From an uncultured Chloroflexia bacterium (GTDB lineage: Bacteria > Chloroflexota > Anaerolineae > CG2-30-64-16): DNA of 64,000 nt. The notes under the pieces were generated by a model, which was given only the letters and a program-made list of their open reading frames with translations, did not search any database and was not told the DNA's origin. Both the position numbers and the translations under genes were made by a program. Location: assembly GCA_963810095.1 (NCBI GenBank), contig CAWEMM010000009.1:288001-352000 (forward strand), given 5' to 3'. Positions 62,573 through 64,000 of the stretch are shown here, piece by piece (position 1 is the stretch's first letter; each line of letters starts with the position of its first letter).

Positions 62573-62636
62573 AATATAGCACATAAGGCGTCTCTGTCAA
62601 GTGGTGGTTGACAAAGCGCCCTCGTTCTGGTATGTT
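62573..62636. promoter_or_regulatory. Back-to-back divergent sigma70-type promoters
   Basis: Plus: TTGACA(62608)-17-TATGTT; minus: TTGACA(62600)-16-TATATT with extended TG. Confidence 0.62.
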
Positions 62637-62720
62637 TGTGCCGGTTTCCGCGTCCTATCTACGCCATTTCCCAAATGATTCGCGGCCGGGCTCCGCCGGC
62701 GAGCGAGGAGGCAACTAACC

Positions 62721-63527
62721 GTGGAATATACCGGTTATCTCGATTTCTGGTTCACCGGCCGTCCCATGATCGAACGGATCGCGCCCATGGTCGAGCTGGG
62801 CTTGCGCCGCGTCGACGTGTGGTCGTGGCGGCGCCAGCCGATGGCCGAGCTTGCGGCCGAGTGCACGCGCCTCGGCGCCGTCCTCAACTCCACCTTCGAC
62901 GACGAGATGGGCTCCCTCGCCGATCCGGGCGACAACGAGCTCACCTATCGCTCCTGGGCCAAGAGCCTCGAAGTGGCCTGCCGGTACGGCATCGAGCATC
63001 TGTACCTCTTCTCCAACCAGGTCGACCTGGTCAACGGCAGCACGTGGACCCGCCGTCTCTCCTCGAATTTCGGCGAGGCCGAGCAATACGCCAATTGCCT
63101 CCGGCAAACCGAGCGCATCCTTAAGCTGGTAGAGCAGACGCCGGTGCAGGTGTGGGTGGAGGCGCTCAACGAGTTCCACATTAAGGGCGGCATTCTGGTG
63201 CACAACCACGATCTCGCGGCCCACTGGGTCCGCCAGTTTGACCATCCACAGCTCCGCATGGTCTTCGACTGCTACCATCAACAGCGCGACGGTGGGAACC
63301 TCACCTGGGGCCTCGAACAGTACGCCGGGCTTTACGCCGCCTTCCACATCGCCGACGTCCCCACCCGCCAAGAGCCGGGCACGGGTGAGGTGAATTATCC
63401 GCGCCTGGCCGCCAAGCTGCGCGAGCTAAAGTACGACGGGCTCATCGGGCTCGAGTTCTACCCGTCGACGACCGAAGCCGCAGCCCTCGAAACCATCAAG
63501 TCCATCTTCCCGCTGGAGGCAGCATGA
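62721..63527 (+). CDS. Hydroxypyruvate isomerase-like TIM barrel protein
   Basis: VEALN, FDCYHQQR..GN, HIADVPTRQEPGTGEVNY, IGLEFYP; GAGGAGG RBS. Confidence 0.85.
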   Translation: MEYTGYLDFWFTGRPMIERIAPMVELGLRRVDVWSWRRQPMAELAAECTRLGAVLNSTFDDEMGSLADPGDNELTYRSWAKSLEVACRYGIEHLYLFSNQVDLVNGSTWTRRLSSNFGEAEQYANCLRQTERILKLVEQTPVQVWVEALNEFHIKGGILVHNHDLAAHWVRQFDHPQLRMVFDCYHQQRDGGNLTWGLEQYAGLYAAFHIADVPTRQEPGTGEVNYPRLAAKLRELKYDGLIGLEFYPSTTEAAALETIKSIFPLEAA

Positions 63528-64000
63528 AAGCAGTTGTGCTTGGGTGTGTCGGCGCAATGGGTGTCAAGGCCACGGCCGAGCTGGCCGCGTCGGGCCGTTT
63601 CGACCGGCTCGTCGTCGCCGACGTGGACGTTGCCAAGGCGCGCCAGATGGCGGACGTCTGGGGCCTGCCGCAGGAGGACGTCGTCCAGCTCGACGCGTCG
63701 GACGAGGCGGCGCTCGAACACCTGATGGCCGGCGGGCCGGACGTGGTCGTCAACGCACTGCCAAAGGGCTTTACGCTCAAGGTTGCCAGGGCCGCGATCC
63801 GCCAGAAAGTGCGCTGCATCGACCTGAGCGACATCTCGGCCGACCTGCGCGGGCTGCATGACGAAGCACAAGCCGCGGGCGCGGTCTACGTGTCGGGCTG
63901 CGGCTCCTCGTCTGGCCTCACGAACATGATGGCGAGACACGGCAGCCGGGGCATGGACGAGATCGAGTCGGTCGAGATCGATTTCGCGTCGTTCCGCGCC
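63524..64000 (+). CDS. Saccharopine dehydrogenase family NAD(P)-binding protein (partial)
   Basis: MKAVVLGCVGAMG, VVADVD, DVVVNALP, GCGSSSGLTNMMA; ATGA overlap with upstream gene. Confidence 0.8.
   Translation, partial: MKAVVLGCVGAMGVKATAELAASGRFDRLVVADVDVAKARQMADVWGLPQEDVVQLDASDEAALEHLMAGGPDVVVNALPKGFTLKVARAAIRQKVRCIDLSDISADLRGLHDEAQAAGAVYVSGCGSSSGLTNMMARHGSRGMDEIESVEIDFASFRA

Overview
High-GC bacterial genomic window, most plausibly Chloroflexota/Anaerolineae-like (inference from gene content, lipoprotein style and repeat types). About 52 genes; no rRNA, tRNA, CRISPR or transposase seen. Many genes are broken by single-base indels in patches, most likely uncorrected long-read errors. Layout: (1) 1-12.7 kb, a minus-strand IclR-headed catabolic operon (ATCase-like carbamoyltransferase, two xanthine-dehydrogenase-family Mo enzymes, a cyclic amidohydrolase, IorA) divergent from an orphan non-pyrrolysine MttB-family methyltransferase; (2) 14-22.6 kb, mixed genes (FRG, ROK, M6 protease, PPK2, Dps); (3) 22.6-37.8 kb, a myo-inositol cluster lacking iolC/iolJ, with a binding protein made of two identical tandem domains; (4) 39.6-61.6 kb, a 19-gene co-oriented cluster: pteridine-reductase-like SDRs, acetoin/2-oxoacid dehydrogenase E1/E2, AOR+MoaD, a third XDH-type enzyme, YgeW-like carbamoyltransferase, YgeY-like M20 hydrolase, dihydropyrimidinase, three amidohydrolases and an atypical PreA-like flavoprotein. 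This is a candidate undescribed anaerobic N-heterocycle (pterin/purine-like) degradation pathway; (5) SDR, hydroxypyruvate isomerase-like and saccharopine dehydrogenase-like genes at the end. At least five families of short palindromic repeats sit at gene junctions and in several cases lie in-frame inside or at the ends of coding sequences.
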